Origin: an uncultured Actinomycetota bacterium
GTDB lineage: Bacteria; Actinomycetota; Actinomycetes; Mycobacteriales; Pseudonocardiaceae
Length of the DNA stretch: 64,000 nt
Direction of reading: 5' to 3'
Assembly (NCBI GenBank): GCA_963716955.1
Contig: CAVQUY010000005.1
Location: forward strand, 214,011-278,010
The notes beneath the pieces were generated by a model. It searched no databases. It saw nothing but the letters and a program-made list of their open reading frames with translations, and had not been told where the DNA came from. Shown piece by piece: positions 20,988 through 31,525 of the stretch. Each line of letters opens with the position of its first letter. Position 1 is the first letter of the stretch. A program made the position numbers and the translations under genes.

Positions 20988-21794
20988 ATGCTGGTCGGCG
21001 TGAGCGACGACCGGCAGCCGACCCCCGTGATGCACGCCCGCACGGCCCGCCAGCAGCGGATCGTCGAGCACGTCCTCGCGGCCGGCTCGGCGAGCGCCGC
21101 GGAGCTCGCGGACCTCGCCGGGGTCAGCCTGATGACCGTGCACCGCGACGTCGACGAGCTGGTGCGCCGCGGGCTGGTGCGCAAGTTCCACGGCGGCGTC
21201 TCGGCCCAGCCGACGTCGGTGTTCGAGTCGCACTCCGAGTACCGGCGCACCGCGCACCGCGCCGAGAAGGCCGCGATCGCCGCGGCCGCGCTGCCCATGG
21301 TCGAGCCCGGGTCGTCGATCATGGTCGACGACTCCACGACGGCGTTGACGCTGCTCGAGCGCCTGTCCGGCGTCGGCCCCCTCACGGTGGTGACGAACTA
21401 CCTGCCGGCGATGCAGCTGCTCAAGGGACTCCCCGAGGTCCGGCTGATCGCCCTCGGCGGCGACTACTCGCGCACCCACGACTCGTTCGGCGGGATCGGC
21501 GCCACGGAGTCGATCGCGCGGATGTCCGTCGACGCCGCGTTCGTGTCCACCTCGTCGATGACGGGCTCGATGACCTACCACCAGGAGCAGGACATCGTCC
21601 TGGTGAAGCGGGCCATGCTCGACGCCGCCGCGCGCCGCGTCCTGCTCATGGACTCGAGCAAGGTCCCCCGGCGGGCGCTGCACCAGCTCCGGCCGCTCGA
21701 CGCGTTCGACGAGCTGGTGGTGGACGACGGCGTCGACGACGAGCTCCTGGCCGAGATGCGGGAGCACGTCTCGGTGACGGTGGCGCCACGCTGA
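20988..21794 (+). CDS. DeoR/GlpR-family transcriptional repressor
   Basis: N-terminal HTH ...ARQQRIVEHVLAAGSASAAELADLAGVSLMTVHRDV; C-terminal DeoR sugar-phosphate sensor domain. Alternative start at 21027/21030. Confidence 0.85.
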   Translation: MLVGVSDDRQPTPVMHARTARQQRIVEHVLAAGSASAAELADLAGVSLMTVHRDVDELVRRGLVRKFHGGVSAQPTSVFESHSEYRRTAHRAEKAAIAAAALPMVEPGSSIMVDDSTTALTLLERLSGVGPLTVVTNYLPAMQLLKGLPEVRLIALGGDYSRTHDSFGGIGATESIARMSVDAAFVSTSSMTGSMTYHQEQDIVLVKRAMLDAAARRVLLMDSSKVPRRALHQLRPLDAFDELVVDDGVDDELLAEMREHVSVTVAPR

Positions 21795-21809
21795 GTTCGC
21801 GCCGAGGGT

Positions 21810-21842
21810 TGTGAAGTTAACACCCTCTTTGTTAGATGTGGG
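21810..21842. promoter_or_regulatory. Second copy of the TTAACACC...ATGTG motif, upstream of the MFS transporter gene
   Basis: gtgaagttaacaccctctttgttagatgtggg lies 16-48 nt upstream of the MFS start at 21858. Confidence 0.45.
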
Positions 21843-21857
21843 ACCGCACACACCGAG

Positions 21858-23264
21858 GTGGAGGCGATCCCTGTGAGCGAGAACGACGCGACCCGTAGTG
21901 CTGCCGCAGGCGCGGCGGGCTCCGGTCCGCCGGTGGGTGGGGCGGCGGAGGCCCGGACGGGCATCGAGCGCTGGGGCATCCCGTATCCCCTGCGCTGGGG
22001 CTTCGTCGGCGTGCTGATCTTCATGATCGGCGACGGCGTCGAGACCAGCTTCCTGTCCGCCTTCCTCGCCGAGCCGAACGGCGGCGGGCTGGACGGCGCG
22101 CAGGCCTCGTTCGCCACCGTGACGCTCTACGGGGTCGCCGCGCTGATCGCGTCGTGGTTCTCGGGGACGCTGTCGGCGATCTGGGGACCGCGTCGGGTGA
22201 TGTGGCTCGGCGCCGCCATCTGGGTCGTCTTCGAGCTCCTGTTCCTGTTCGTGGCCATCCCGGCCCAGAACGCGCCGCTGATCATCACCGTCTACGCCGT
22301 CCGCGGCCTGGCCTACCCGCTGTTCGCCTTCGCGTTCCTGGTCTGGATCCAGACCATCGCCCGGCCGCAGATGCGCGGCTCGGCCGCCGGGTGGTTCTGG
22401 TTCGCCTTCACCGGCGGCCTGCCCACCCTCGGCGCCGCCTTCGCCGCGATCTGCGTGGGCCCGCTGGGGATCAGCGAGTACGGCACGCTCGTGCTGTCCC
22501 TGATCGTGGTCGCGGTCGGCGCCCTCATCGGCTGCTTCGCGGTCACCGAGCCCCAGGGCCTCGCGCCGATCGCCGACGAGACCGTGCGGAACCCCCGCAG
22601 CCTGGCCCGGCTGACCGAGGGCATCGACATCCTCTGGCGCGACAAGCGCACCATCGCCGGGTTCTTCGTCCGCCTGGTGAACACCGCCCCGCAGTACGGC
22701 TTCTTCGCGATGTTCCCGTTCGTCTTCGGTCCCGAGACCCCCGGCGGCGGGTTCCTGACGACCGCGCAGGTCGCGGTCCTGGCGACGGTGACCTACGCGG
22801 CGAACATCGGCGCGAACCTGTTCTTCGGGGTCTTCGGGGACCACTTCGGATGGCGTCGCACCGTGACGTTCTTCGGCTGCATCGGGTGCGCCGTCGCCGT
22901 CCCGCTCTGGTACTTCGGGGCCATCGCCTCGCAGAGCTTCCTGCTCACGGCGATCCTCGGCGCGATCTACGGCATCGTCCTCGCCGGCTTCGTGCCGCTC
23001 TCGGCGCTGATGCCCTCGATGGTCGCGGTCAAGGACAAGGGCGCCGCGCTGGCCATCCTCAACACCGGCGCCGGCGGCGCGGCCCTGCTCGGGCCGCTGA
23101 CGGTGACGGCGTTCTACCCGGTCTTCGGCGGGGGCGGCGTGGTGATCGCCTACTGCGTCATGTACCTGATCGTCGCGGGGGTCTCGCTGATCATCCGCTC
23201 CGACATCGACCCGGGCGTCGCCCGCCACCTCCCCGCCTCGACCGAGCGCACGCGGGCGGCCTGA
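21858..23264 (+). CDS. MFS transporter (12 TM)
   Basis: Twelve hydrophobic segments with a typical MFS loop arrangement. Confidence 0.8.
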   Translation: MEAIPVSENDATRSAAAGAAGSGPPVGGAAEARTGIERWGIPYPLRWGFVGVLIFMIGDGVETSFLSAFLAEPNGGGLDGAQASFATVTLYGVAALIASWFSGTLSAIWGPRRVMWLGAAIWVVFELLFLFVAIPAQNAPLIITVYAVRGLAYPLFAFAFLVWIQTIARPQMRGSAAGWFWFAFTGGLPTLGAAFAAICVGPLGISEYGTLVLSLIVVAVGALIGCFAVTEPQGLAPIADETVRNPRSLARLTEGIDILWRDKRTIAGFFVRLVNTAPQYGFFAMFPFVFGPETPGGGFLTTAQVAVLATVTYAANIGANLFFGVFGDHFGWRRTVTFFGCIGCAVAVPLWYFGAIASQSFLLTAILGAIYGIVLAGFVPLSALMPSMVAVKDKGAALAILNTGAGGAALLGPLTVTAFYPVFGGGGVVIAYCVMYLIVAGVSLIIRSDIDPGVARHLPASTERTRAA

Positions 23265-23267
23265 CCG

Positions 23268-24772
23268 GTGGGCCGACCGGACCTGGATCGGGGTCGACCT
23301 CGGCACGCAGAGCGTGCGGGCGCTGGCCGTCGCCGACGACGGCACGGTCGTCGCGGCGGCCACGCGCCCGCTGCGCAGCCGGCGGGCCGAGGGCCCCGAC
23401 GGGTCCGCGCGCCACGAGCAGGACCCGGGCGACTGGACCCGGGCCGTGGACGCCGTCCTCGGCGAGGTCGTGGCCGGGGTCGACCCCGCCGCGGTCGGCG
23501 GCGTCGCGGTCGACGCGACGTCGGGCACCGTCGTGCTCACCGGGCCCGACGGGGCACCGCTGACACCCGGCGTCATGTACGACGACGCGCGGGGCACGGC
23601 CCACGTCGAGCGGGTCCGGGAGGCCGGCGCCGCGCTGTGGGACCGCCTCGGCTACCGGGTGGGCGCCACCTGGGCCCTGCCCACGGCGCTCGCCCTGCTC
23701 GAGGAGCACCCCGACGCGCACCTCCGCCACCAGACCGACGTGGTCACCGCCCACCTCGTGGGCCACGACGTGCCCACCGACTCCAGCACGGCGCTCAAGA
23801 CCGGCTACGACCTGCTCGAGGACCGCTGGCCCGGCGACGTGCTCGCGGCCCTCGGGATCGACCCCGCCGCGCTGCCCGACGTCGTCCCGCCGGGACACCC
23901 GCTCGGCGGCGTCGGCGACGCCGTGGCGTCGACCACCGGGCTGCGCCCCGGGACCCCGGTGCTGGCGGGGCTGACCGACGGCTGCGCGGCGCAGTTCGGG
24001 GCCGGCGCCGTCCGCCCGGGCCACTGGAACGCGGTGCTGGGCACGACGCTCGTCCTCAAGGGGGTGTCGGCGGAGCTCCTCCACGACCCCACCGGCACCG
24101 TGTACTGCCACCGCGACCCGCAGGCCGGGTGGTGGCTGCCCGGCGGGGCGTCGAGCACCGGGGCGGCCGTGCTCGCCGAGCTCGTCGACCCGGAGCGGTT
24201 CCCCGGGATCACCGACGCGCTGCTCGCCGACCCGCCGGGCGACCTCCCCGTCGTCTACCCGCTGTCCGGGACCGGCGAGCGCTTCCCCTTCGCCGCGCCC
24301 GACGCGGAGGGGTTCTGGCTCGACGGGGACCGGCCGCGGCCCCTGTCCGAGCTCGTCGGCGGCGGTCGGCGAGCGCGACGCGTTCGCCGCCGTCGCCGAG
24401 GGCGTCGCCTTCGTCGAGCGGCTGTGCTTCGCCCACGTGGCCGCGCTCGGCGCCGACGTCTCGGGCCCGCGGACGATCACCGGCGGCGCCACGGCCAACC
24501 GCTGGTGGAACCAGCACCGGGCCGACGTGTCCGGGGTGGCCCTGGCGCTCCCGCAGCAGTCCGAGCCCGCGCTCGGCGCGGCGGTGCTGGCGCGGGCCGC
24601 GGTGGAGGCCGGCGACGCCGAGCCCGACCTCGTCGCCGCCGCGGAGGCGATGGTGCGGATCGCCGAGGTCGTCGAGCCGCGGCCGGCCGGTGCCCTCGAG
24701 GAGCGCTACGAGGCGTTCCGCGCCGCCCTGGCCGACCGCGGCTGGGTCGGTCGCGACAGGGTGGGTGGATGA
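23268..24772 (+). CDS. FGGY-family carbohydrate kinase (second copy); about 2 apparent frameshifts (near 23278 and 24360)
   Basis: ...TWIGVDLGTQSVRALAV... FGGY N-terminal motif; ...GLTDGCAAQFGAG...; the C-terminal part continues in ORF 24437..24772. Confidence 0.7.
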
Positions 24773-25371
24773 CCGAGCTGGTGCTGGTCCGGCACGGCGA
24801 GACCGTGTGGCACGCCGAGAACCGCTACGCCGGGCGCTCCGACGTCGCCCTCACCCCGCGCGGCCACGAGCAGGCCGCGGCGCTGGCCGGGTGGGCCGCC
24901 GGGGCCGGGCTCGACGCCGTGCTCACCTCGCCGCTGAGCCGCGCCCACGACACCGCGCGCCCCGCGGCCGGGGCCGCCGGGCTCACCTGCCGGGTCGACG
25001 AACGCCTCGTCGAGGTGGACTTCGGCGAGGGCGACGGCCGGACGCGCGAGGAGATGGGCGAGCAGTTCCCGGACGCGCTGGCCGCGTTCCTCGCCCGGCC
25101 CGCGAGCTCGCCGCTGCCCGGCGGCGAGCCCGGCGCCGACGCCGTCGCGCGGGCGATGCCGGTCCTCACCGAGGCGGCGGCCGCGCACCCGGACGGCCGG
25201 GTGCTCGTCGTCGCCCACCAGACGCTCCTGCGGCTGCTGCTGTGCGCGCTGCTGGGGATCCCGCTCGACCACTACCGCGCGGTGTTCCCGAAGCTCGAGA
25301 GCACGGCGCGCACGGTCGTGCGTCCCGCCGCGACGGGCCCGGCGGCGTTGGTGCGGCTGAACTCTCCCTAG
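24769..25371 (+). CDS. Histidine phosphatase family protein (phosphoglycerate-mutase-like phosphatase)
   Basis: LVLVRHGETVWHAENRYAGRSDVALTPRG (RHGE catalytic motif) ... VVAHQ; ATGA overlap with the FGGY stop. Confidence 0.8.
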   Translation: MTELVLVRHGETVWHAENRYAGRSDVALTPRGHEQAAALAGWAAGAGLDAVLTSPLSRAHDTARPAAGAAGLTCRVDERLVEVDFGEGDGRTREEMGEQFPDALAAFLARPASSPLPGGEPGADAVARAMPVLTEAAAAHPDGRVLVVAHQTLLRLLLCALLGIPLDHYRAVFPKLESTARTVVRPAATGPAALVRLNSP

Positions 25372-25458
25372 CGCGGCGCACCTACTCCGAACTCCGCCGC
25401 CTGGTACCGCGGCTGAGCGCCACCACCCCACGACCCGCGAGAGCACCCGAGGAGCACC

Positions 25459-27077
25459 CCGTGACCACCACCTCCACCCCGGACGTCGACGCCGTCGTCA
25501 TCGGCGCCGGCTTCGGCGGCATCTACATGCTGCACACGCTGCGCGACCGGCTCGGGCTGACCGCGAGGGCCTTCGAGAAGGGCGGCGGCGTCGGCGGCAC
25601 CTGGTACTTCAACACCTACCCCGGGGCCAAGTCCGACACCGAGGGCTTCGTCTACCGCTACTCCTTCGACAAGGACCTCCTCCAGGAGTGGGACTGGAAC
25701 ACCCGCTACCTCGACCAGCCCGACGTCCTCGCCTACCTGCAGCACGTCGTCGAGCGCTACGACCTCGCCCGCGACATCCAGCTCGACACCGAGGTGACCG
25801 GCGCCGTCTTCGACGAGGAGACCGACCTCTGGACGGTCAGCACCGCCGGCGGCGAGTCGCTGACCTGCCGCTACCTCGTCAACGCGCTCGGGCTGCTGGC
25901 GCGCAGCAACATGCCGGACATCCCGGGCCGGGACCGCTTCGCGGGCCGCCTGGTGCACACCAACGCGTGGCCGGCCGACCTCGACATCACGGGGAAGCGC
26001 GTCGGCGTCATCGGCACCGGCTCGACCGGGACGCAGTTCATCACCGCCGCCGCGAGGACCGCGGGCCACCTCACGGTCTTCCAGCGCTCGCCGCAGTACT
26101 GCGTGCCCTCGGGCAACGGGCCCGTCGACCAGGCCGAGGTCGACGCCACGAAGCGGGACTTCGACGCGATCTGGGACCAGGTCCGGGGCTCGGTCGTCGC
26201 CTTCGGGTTCGAGGAGAGCGGCGTCGAGGCGATGAGCGTCTCCGCGGAGGAGCGGCAGCGGGTGTTCCAGGAGAACTGGGACAAGGGCAACGGCTTCCGG
26301 TTCATGTTCGGCACGTTCTGCGACATCGCGACCGATCCGGAGGCGAACGCGGCCGCGGCGGCGTTCATCCGGTCCAAGATCGCCGAGGTCGTCGACGACC
26401 CCGAGACGGCCCGCAAGCTCACCCCGCACGACCTCTACGCCAAGCGCCCGCTGTGCAACGAGGGCTACTACGAGACCTACAACCGGGACAACGTCGAGCT
26501 CGTGTCCCTCACCGAGACCCCGATCGAGGAGATCACCCCGGCCGGGGTGCGCACCGCCGACGGCGTGGAGCACGAGCTCGACGTCCTCGTCTTCGCCACC
26601 GGGTTCGACGCCGTCGACGGCAACTACCGCGCGATGGACCTGCGCGGGCGCGGCGGTCGGCACATCGACGAGCACTGGACCGACGGCCCGACGAGCTACC
26701 TGGGGCTCTCCAAGGCCGGGTTCCCCAACATGTTCATGATCCTCGGCCCGAACGGGCCGTTCACCAACCTGCCGCCGAGCATCGAGACGCAGGTCGAGTG
26801 GATCGGCGAGCTGATCGCCTCGGCCGAGCGCCGCGGCGCCCGGACCGTCGAGCCGACCCCGGAGGCCGAGGCCGGCTGGACCGCGACGTGTCGGGAGATC
26901 GCGGACGCGACGCTCTTCCCCCAGGCCGACTCGTGGATCTTCGGGGCGAACATCCCCGGCAAGAAGAACGCCGTCATGTTCTACATGGCCGGGATCGGCG
27001 CCTACCGCGAGCAGCTCGCCGAGGTGGCGGGGAAGGACTACGAGGGTTTCCGGTTGGGCGCGCTGACGCGGTCGTGA
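25459..27077 (+). CDS. Baeyer-Villiger (type I flavin-containing) monooxygenase
   Basis: VIGAGFGGI (FAD GxGxxG), FEKGGGVGGTWYFNTYPGAKSDTEGFVYRYSF (BVMO fingerprint FxGxxxHxxxW-type region), GTGSTG (NADP site). Confidence 0.85.
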
Positions 27078-27080
27078 TCG

Positions 27081-27126
27081 CCGAGTGGGCTCCGAGGGCT
27101 CCCGCCGCAACCGTGGGAGCCCACTC
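27081..27126. terminator. GC-rich imperfect hairpin between convergent genes (candidate bidirectional terminator)
   Basis: cgagtgggctcc..gggctccc-N11-gggagcccactcg, nested inverted repeats between the BVMO stop (27077) and the TRIC stop (27138). Confidence 0.45.
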
Positions 27127-27137
27127 GCTCTGTTCCG

Positions 27138-27787
27138 TCAGGCGTCGGGCCGCTCCGGGCTCCCGGCGCCCCGCGGGTGGGGCGCCTCGAGCCGGAAGCG
27201 GACGCCGAGCAGGCGGATGACCAGACACGCCGCCGCGCCGGCGTAGGCCCAGACCGCTCCCCCGACGCCGAGCCGCGCGGGCACCACCACGATCGTCGCG
27301 CCGACGAGCGCGGGGATCGCGTACAGCTCGCTGCTCAGCACGCTGGGGACCCGCCGGACGAGCACGTCGCGCAGGGTGCCGCCGCCGACCGCGGTGATCG
27401 TGCCGAGCAGGATCGACTGCCCGACCCCGGCGCCCAGGGCGAGGGCCTTCCCGGCGCCGGTCACCGCGAACAGCGACAGGCCCAGGGCGTCGAACACCGT
27501 GATCGGGGTGGCGAGCCGTTCGAGCTGGCGGCTCAGCACGAACGCGACGAGCCCGCCCCCGGCCGCCACCACCAGGTAGCGCCAGTCGCTGAACGTCGCC
27601 GGGGGCAGCGCCCCGAGCAGGACGTCGCGCAGGATGCCTCCGCCGAGCGCGGTGATCATGCCCAGCGTCACGACGCCGACGATGTCCAGCCGCGCGGCCC
27701 GCACCGCGGTGAGCGCCCCGTTGAGGGCGAACGCGAACGTCCCGGCCAGGTCCAGCGCGAGCGCGGTCGCCGATGCGGTGCTCACCC
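27138..27787 (-). CDS. Trimeric intracellular cation channel (TRIC)/UPF0126 family membrane protein
   Basis: Two repeated halves with glycine-rich TM helices (...GMITALGGGILRDVLLG... and ...ITAVGGGTLRDVLVR...) define the UPF0126/TRIC duplication. Confidence 0.7.
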
Positions 27788-29062
27788 CGCGGCCCCGCCC
27801 CCCTCCGGCGCCAGCCAGGCCCCGGCCGCGGTCACCAGGGTCTCGACGCCGGTGCGCACCGTCGGGTCCAGCACCGGCGCGAACTGCGGGCTGTGGTTGG
27901 TGGGCAGCTCGGCGAGCCGGCCCTCGCGCGCCAGGGTGTCGTAGGTGTCCTGGTCGACGCCGCCCACGAACCAGAACACCGAGGGCGCTCCCCAGGCCCG
28001 GCCCAGCACGCCGAAGTCCTCGCTGGCCGAGGTCGGTCCCATCGGCGCCACCCGGTCCGCGCCGAAGTGACCGCGGAGGGCCGTCAGCACGCGGTCGGTC
28101 GCGGCCGGGTCGTTGTCGGTGACCTGGTAGGTCTCCACCGGCGTGATCTCCGGTTCCCGCGGCGCGCCCGCGGCGTGCGCCTCGGCGGCCACGATGCGGC
28201 GGATGGCGTCCTGCGCGCGGGCGCGCACGCCCTCGTCGTAGCAGCGCAGGTTCAGCCCGATGGTCGCCTCGTCGGGGATGACGTTCTCCTTGCTGCCCGC
28301 CCGCAGCACGCCGATGGTCAGCACCGCGGCCTCGTTCATGCCCAGCTCGCGGGACACGACGGTCTGGAGGCGCACCACCGTGGACGCGGCCATCACCACC
28401 GGGTCGACCGCCGCCTCGGGCATGGAGCCGTGCGCTCCCCGGCCGAACATCCGGATCCGCCAGACGTCCGACGCCGAGGTGGCCGTGCCGGGCCGGGTGG
28501 CGACGATCCCGGCGGGCGCGGGCATGACGTGCTGGCCGAGCACCACGTCCGGGGTCGGGAACCGCGCGACGAGGCCGTCGTCGACCATCGACTGCGCGCC
28601 GGTCCCGGTCTCCTCGGCCGGCTGGAACAGCGCCACGAGCGTCCCCGACCACGCGTCGCGGTGCGCCGCGAACAGGCTCGCCGCCGCCGCCAGCCACGCC
28701 ACGTGCATGTCGTGGCCGCACGCGTGCGCGACGGGCGTCTCGACGCCGTCGGCGTCGGTGGCGGTCACGGTGCTGGCGTAGGGCAGGCCGGTCGCCTCCG
28801 CCACCGGGAGGGCGTCCATGTCCGCGCGCAGCGCCACGGTCGGGCCGTCGCCGTTGCGCAGCACGCCGACGACGCCCGTGCTGCCGACGCCCGTCGTCAC
28901 CTCGAAGCCGGCCGCCTCGAGCCGCGCGGCCGCGTGGGCCGCGGTGCGGTGCTCCTGGTCCGACAGCTCGGGGTGGGCGTGGAGGTCGGTGTAGAAGTCC
29001 CGCGTCTCCGCCAGGACCCCGTCGAGGGCCTCCAGCAGGGGCCGCACTCCACCGTTCGGCAT
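27782..29062 (-). CDS. M20-family amidohydrolase (hippurate hydrolase/aminoacylase-like)
   Basis: ...HACGHDMHVAWLAAAASL..., ...FQPAEETGTGAQSM..., ...RMFGRGAHGS... are metal-binding motifs of the M20D amidohydrolases. Confidence 0.85.
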   Translation of the reverse strand: MPNGGVRPLLEALDGVLAETRDFYTDLHAHPELSDQEHRTAAHAAARLEAAGFEVTTGVGSTGVVGVLRNGDGPTVALRADMDALPVAEATGLPYASTVTATDADGVETPVAHACGHDMHVAWLAAAASLFAAHRDAWSGTLVALFQPAEETGTGAQSMVDDGLVARFPTPDVVLGQHVMPAPAGIVATRPGTATSASDVWRIRMFGRGAHGSMPEAAVDPVVMAASTVVRLQTVVSRELGMNEAAVLTIGVLRAGSKENVIPDEATIGLNLRCYDEGVRARAQDAIRRIVAAEAHAAGAPREPEITPVETYQVTDNDPAATDRVLTALRGHFGADRVAPMGPTSASEDFGVLGRAWGAPSVFWFVGGVDQDTYDTLAREGRLAELPTNHSPQFAPVLDPTVRTGVETLVTAAGAWLAPEGGGAAG

Positions 29063-29146
29063 CGTCGCTCTCCTCGCTGTCGTGGCACCGGGCCTGTTCC
29101 CCGGCGGCCGTCCCGCGACGCGCCGTCGCGGACCTGCGCGCCGACC

Positions 29147-31023
29147 TCAGGGCACCTCGAGCAGGACCCGCCCGAGGAAGGCGTCGAGGGCGTCGTGGTC
29201 GTGCAGCCCGAGCACGTGGGCGACGTACTGGTCGGGGCGGACGACGACGACGGCGCCCGTGTCGCGGTCGACGCCGCGCAGGTCGAAGACGTCGTCGGCG
29301 GCCGGGTCGGGGCAGAACACCTTCTCGTGGTCGACCAGCCCGAAGCGGCCCTTGCGCGGCCGCAGCACCGCGGGCAGGTCGGTGACCTCGACGTCGTGGT
29401 GGTGCTGCGGGAAGACCGCACGGACGTCGACGACGGCGTCGGGGTCGGCGCCGTCGGGGGTGAACCGCGGCAGGGTCGTGCCCAGGTGGTCGCAGAGGGC
29501 CCGCAGGGCGGCGCCGTCGCGGTCGGCGAACAGGTAGAGCCGCCAGGCGCCGTCGGCGCGGGCGGCGTGGCCGAGGTGCATCGGCCTGGCGTCGGCGAGC
29601 CGCACGACCGGGGCGGAGTGGAACCGCGTCCCGACCTCGAAGCCCGTCGCGAGGTGCTGCGCGGGGTCGTCCGCCGTGATCATCGACGGCGGGTACCGGA
29701 CGGCGACCCCCGCGGTGAAGCGGCCCTGCTCGCGGAAGTAGCGCTGGAACTCCTCGGGGTCGGCGTCCGCGGCGTCGGGGTGGGCGCGGAACCTCGCCGA
29801 GAACTCGCGGTCGAAGTCGATGAGCTCCTGCGCCACGCGCCGGCGCTCCTGCGAGTAGGTCCGCAGGAGCTCCGGGCGCGCGGTCCCGTGCAGCACGGCG
29901 CCGAGCTTCCAGCCGAGGTTCCACGCGTCGGCCATCGACACGTTCATGCCCTGGCCGGCCTTCGCGCTGTGGGTGTGGCAGGCGTCGCCGGCGATGAACA
30001 CCCGCGGCAGGCGGGTCCCGGCCTCGTCGTCGGGGACGTCGTCGAAGCGGTCGCAGAGGCGCTGGCCGACCTCGTAGACCGACCACCACCCGACGTCGCG
30101 GACCTCGACCGTGTAGGGCGCCAGGATGCGGTTCGCGACCGCGGCGAGCTTCCCGGGCGTGACGCTGCCCTCGCGCAGCATCGCCGCGTCGCGCTCGTGG
30201 TCGAGCTCGACGTAGAGCCGGACCAGGTAGCCGCCCTCGCGGGGGATGACGAGGACGCTGCCCGCGGCCGAGGTGATCGCGCTCTTGAGCCGGATGTCGG
30301 GGAAGTCGGTGTCGACGAGGACGTCCATGACGCCCCAGGCCTGGTTCGTCGCGTCGCCGACCAGCTCGCGCCCGATCGCGGCGCGCACGGCGCTGCGGGC
30401 GCCGTCGCACCCGACGACGTAGCGCGCCCGGATCGTCGTCGTGCCGCCCGGCTCCCCGACGCGGGCCAGGGTCACCGTCACCGGGCTCCGCCGGTCCGGC
30501 GGTGTCGACGTCGACGCCGGTGACCTGCAGCCCGTAGAAGGGCTCGGGCCGCCGCGGCGCCCGGGCCATGTGCCCGCGCAGGTAGGCGAGCATCCGCGCC
30601 TGGTTGACGATCACGTGCGGCATCTCGGACAGGCCGTCCTCGACGTCGGGGATGCGGCCGGTCCGCGCGATGTGCCCGGGGCGGTCCGGGTCGGGACGCC
30701 AGAAGCTGACCTCGTTGACCTGGTAGCCCTCGTCGACGAGGCGCCCGGCCAGGCCGAACGCCTCGAACATCTCGACGGTGCGGCACGCGACGCCGTCGGC
30801 CTGCCCGACCTGCAGCGGACCGTCGCGGCGGTCGACGACGACGGTGCTCGAGGTCGGGGAAGTTCGCCAGCTGCGCGGCGAGCACGAGCCCGGCCGGTCC
30901 GGCGCCGACGACCAGGACGTCGGTGGTCTCGGGCACCGAGCGGGGGCCGTCGACGACCGCGGGGTGCGGCTCGCTGACGAACGGGTCGCCGGGCCGGTAG
31001 CCGTCGACGTAGAACTGGGCCAC
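29147..31023 (-). CDS. FAD-binding aromatic monooxygenase (phenol 2-monooxygenase/PheA-TfdB-like, with C-terminal thioredoxin-like domain); frameshifts between about 30480 and 30850
   Basis: N-terminus ...TDVLVVGAGPAGLVLAAQLANFP...; middle ...IAGDACHTHSAKAGQGMNVSMADAWNLGWKL (DG / GxN FAD motifs); C-terminal dimerisation domain. Three frames are needed to cover it. Confidence 0.7.
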
Positions 31024-31236
31024 GGGCCCTCCCGTCGTCGAGGCTCCGTCACGGCCACGAGGTCACCGTCGGTGACGCCGTCCGATCAGATGTAAAGGGA
31101 AAATATTGTCCCGATCGGCCCGCCGCCAGCACCGCCGCACCGTCCACACTCGTTGCGGACAGTGCCGGAACGAACCTCGGATGTTCGAGCGCCGCGGGCC
31201 GGTAGACCGCTCCCCCACCGTCGAAAGGCACCCAAC

Positions 31237-31392
31237 GTGATCATCCTCGGCATCATCCTCGTCGTCCTGGGCTACCTGCTGCCCGTTCCCAGCATCATCG
31301 TGACCATCGGGTGGATCCTGCTGGTCGTCGGCCTGATCCTCACGATCCTGGGCGCGGTCGGGCGGCCGGTCGGGCGCAAGACGTACTTCTGA
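31237..31392 (+). CDS. Small (about 51 aa) highly hydrophobic 2-TM protein
   Basis: VIILGIILVVLGYLLPVPSIIVTIGWILLVVGLILTILGAVGRPVGRKTYF; GTG start; an AT-rich promoter-like region lies upstream. Confidence 0.45.
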   Translation: MIILGIILVVLGYLLPVPSIIVTIGWILLVVGLILTILGAVGRPVGRKTYF

Positions 31393-31525
31393 CCGTCCGA
31401 TCGAGGGCCGTCCGCGAGCTGCGGGCGGCCCTCGGTCCGTCCCGGCCCGGCGTCGTTCCGGGCCCTGGAGCGCGGCGGCTCGTAGGCTCTCGGGAAAGGG
31501 CCGAGGACGACGGGACGGCGGGCGG

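Noticed and set aside
23268-31058. Giant ORFs 23268..27077(+), 25368..27110(-), 27138..31058(-), 27773..30523(+)
   Set aside because: Each joins a real gene to long off-frame or antisense stretches. The real genes were extracted and the rest rejected as low-complexity read-through.
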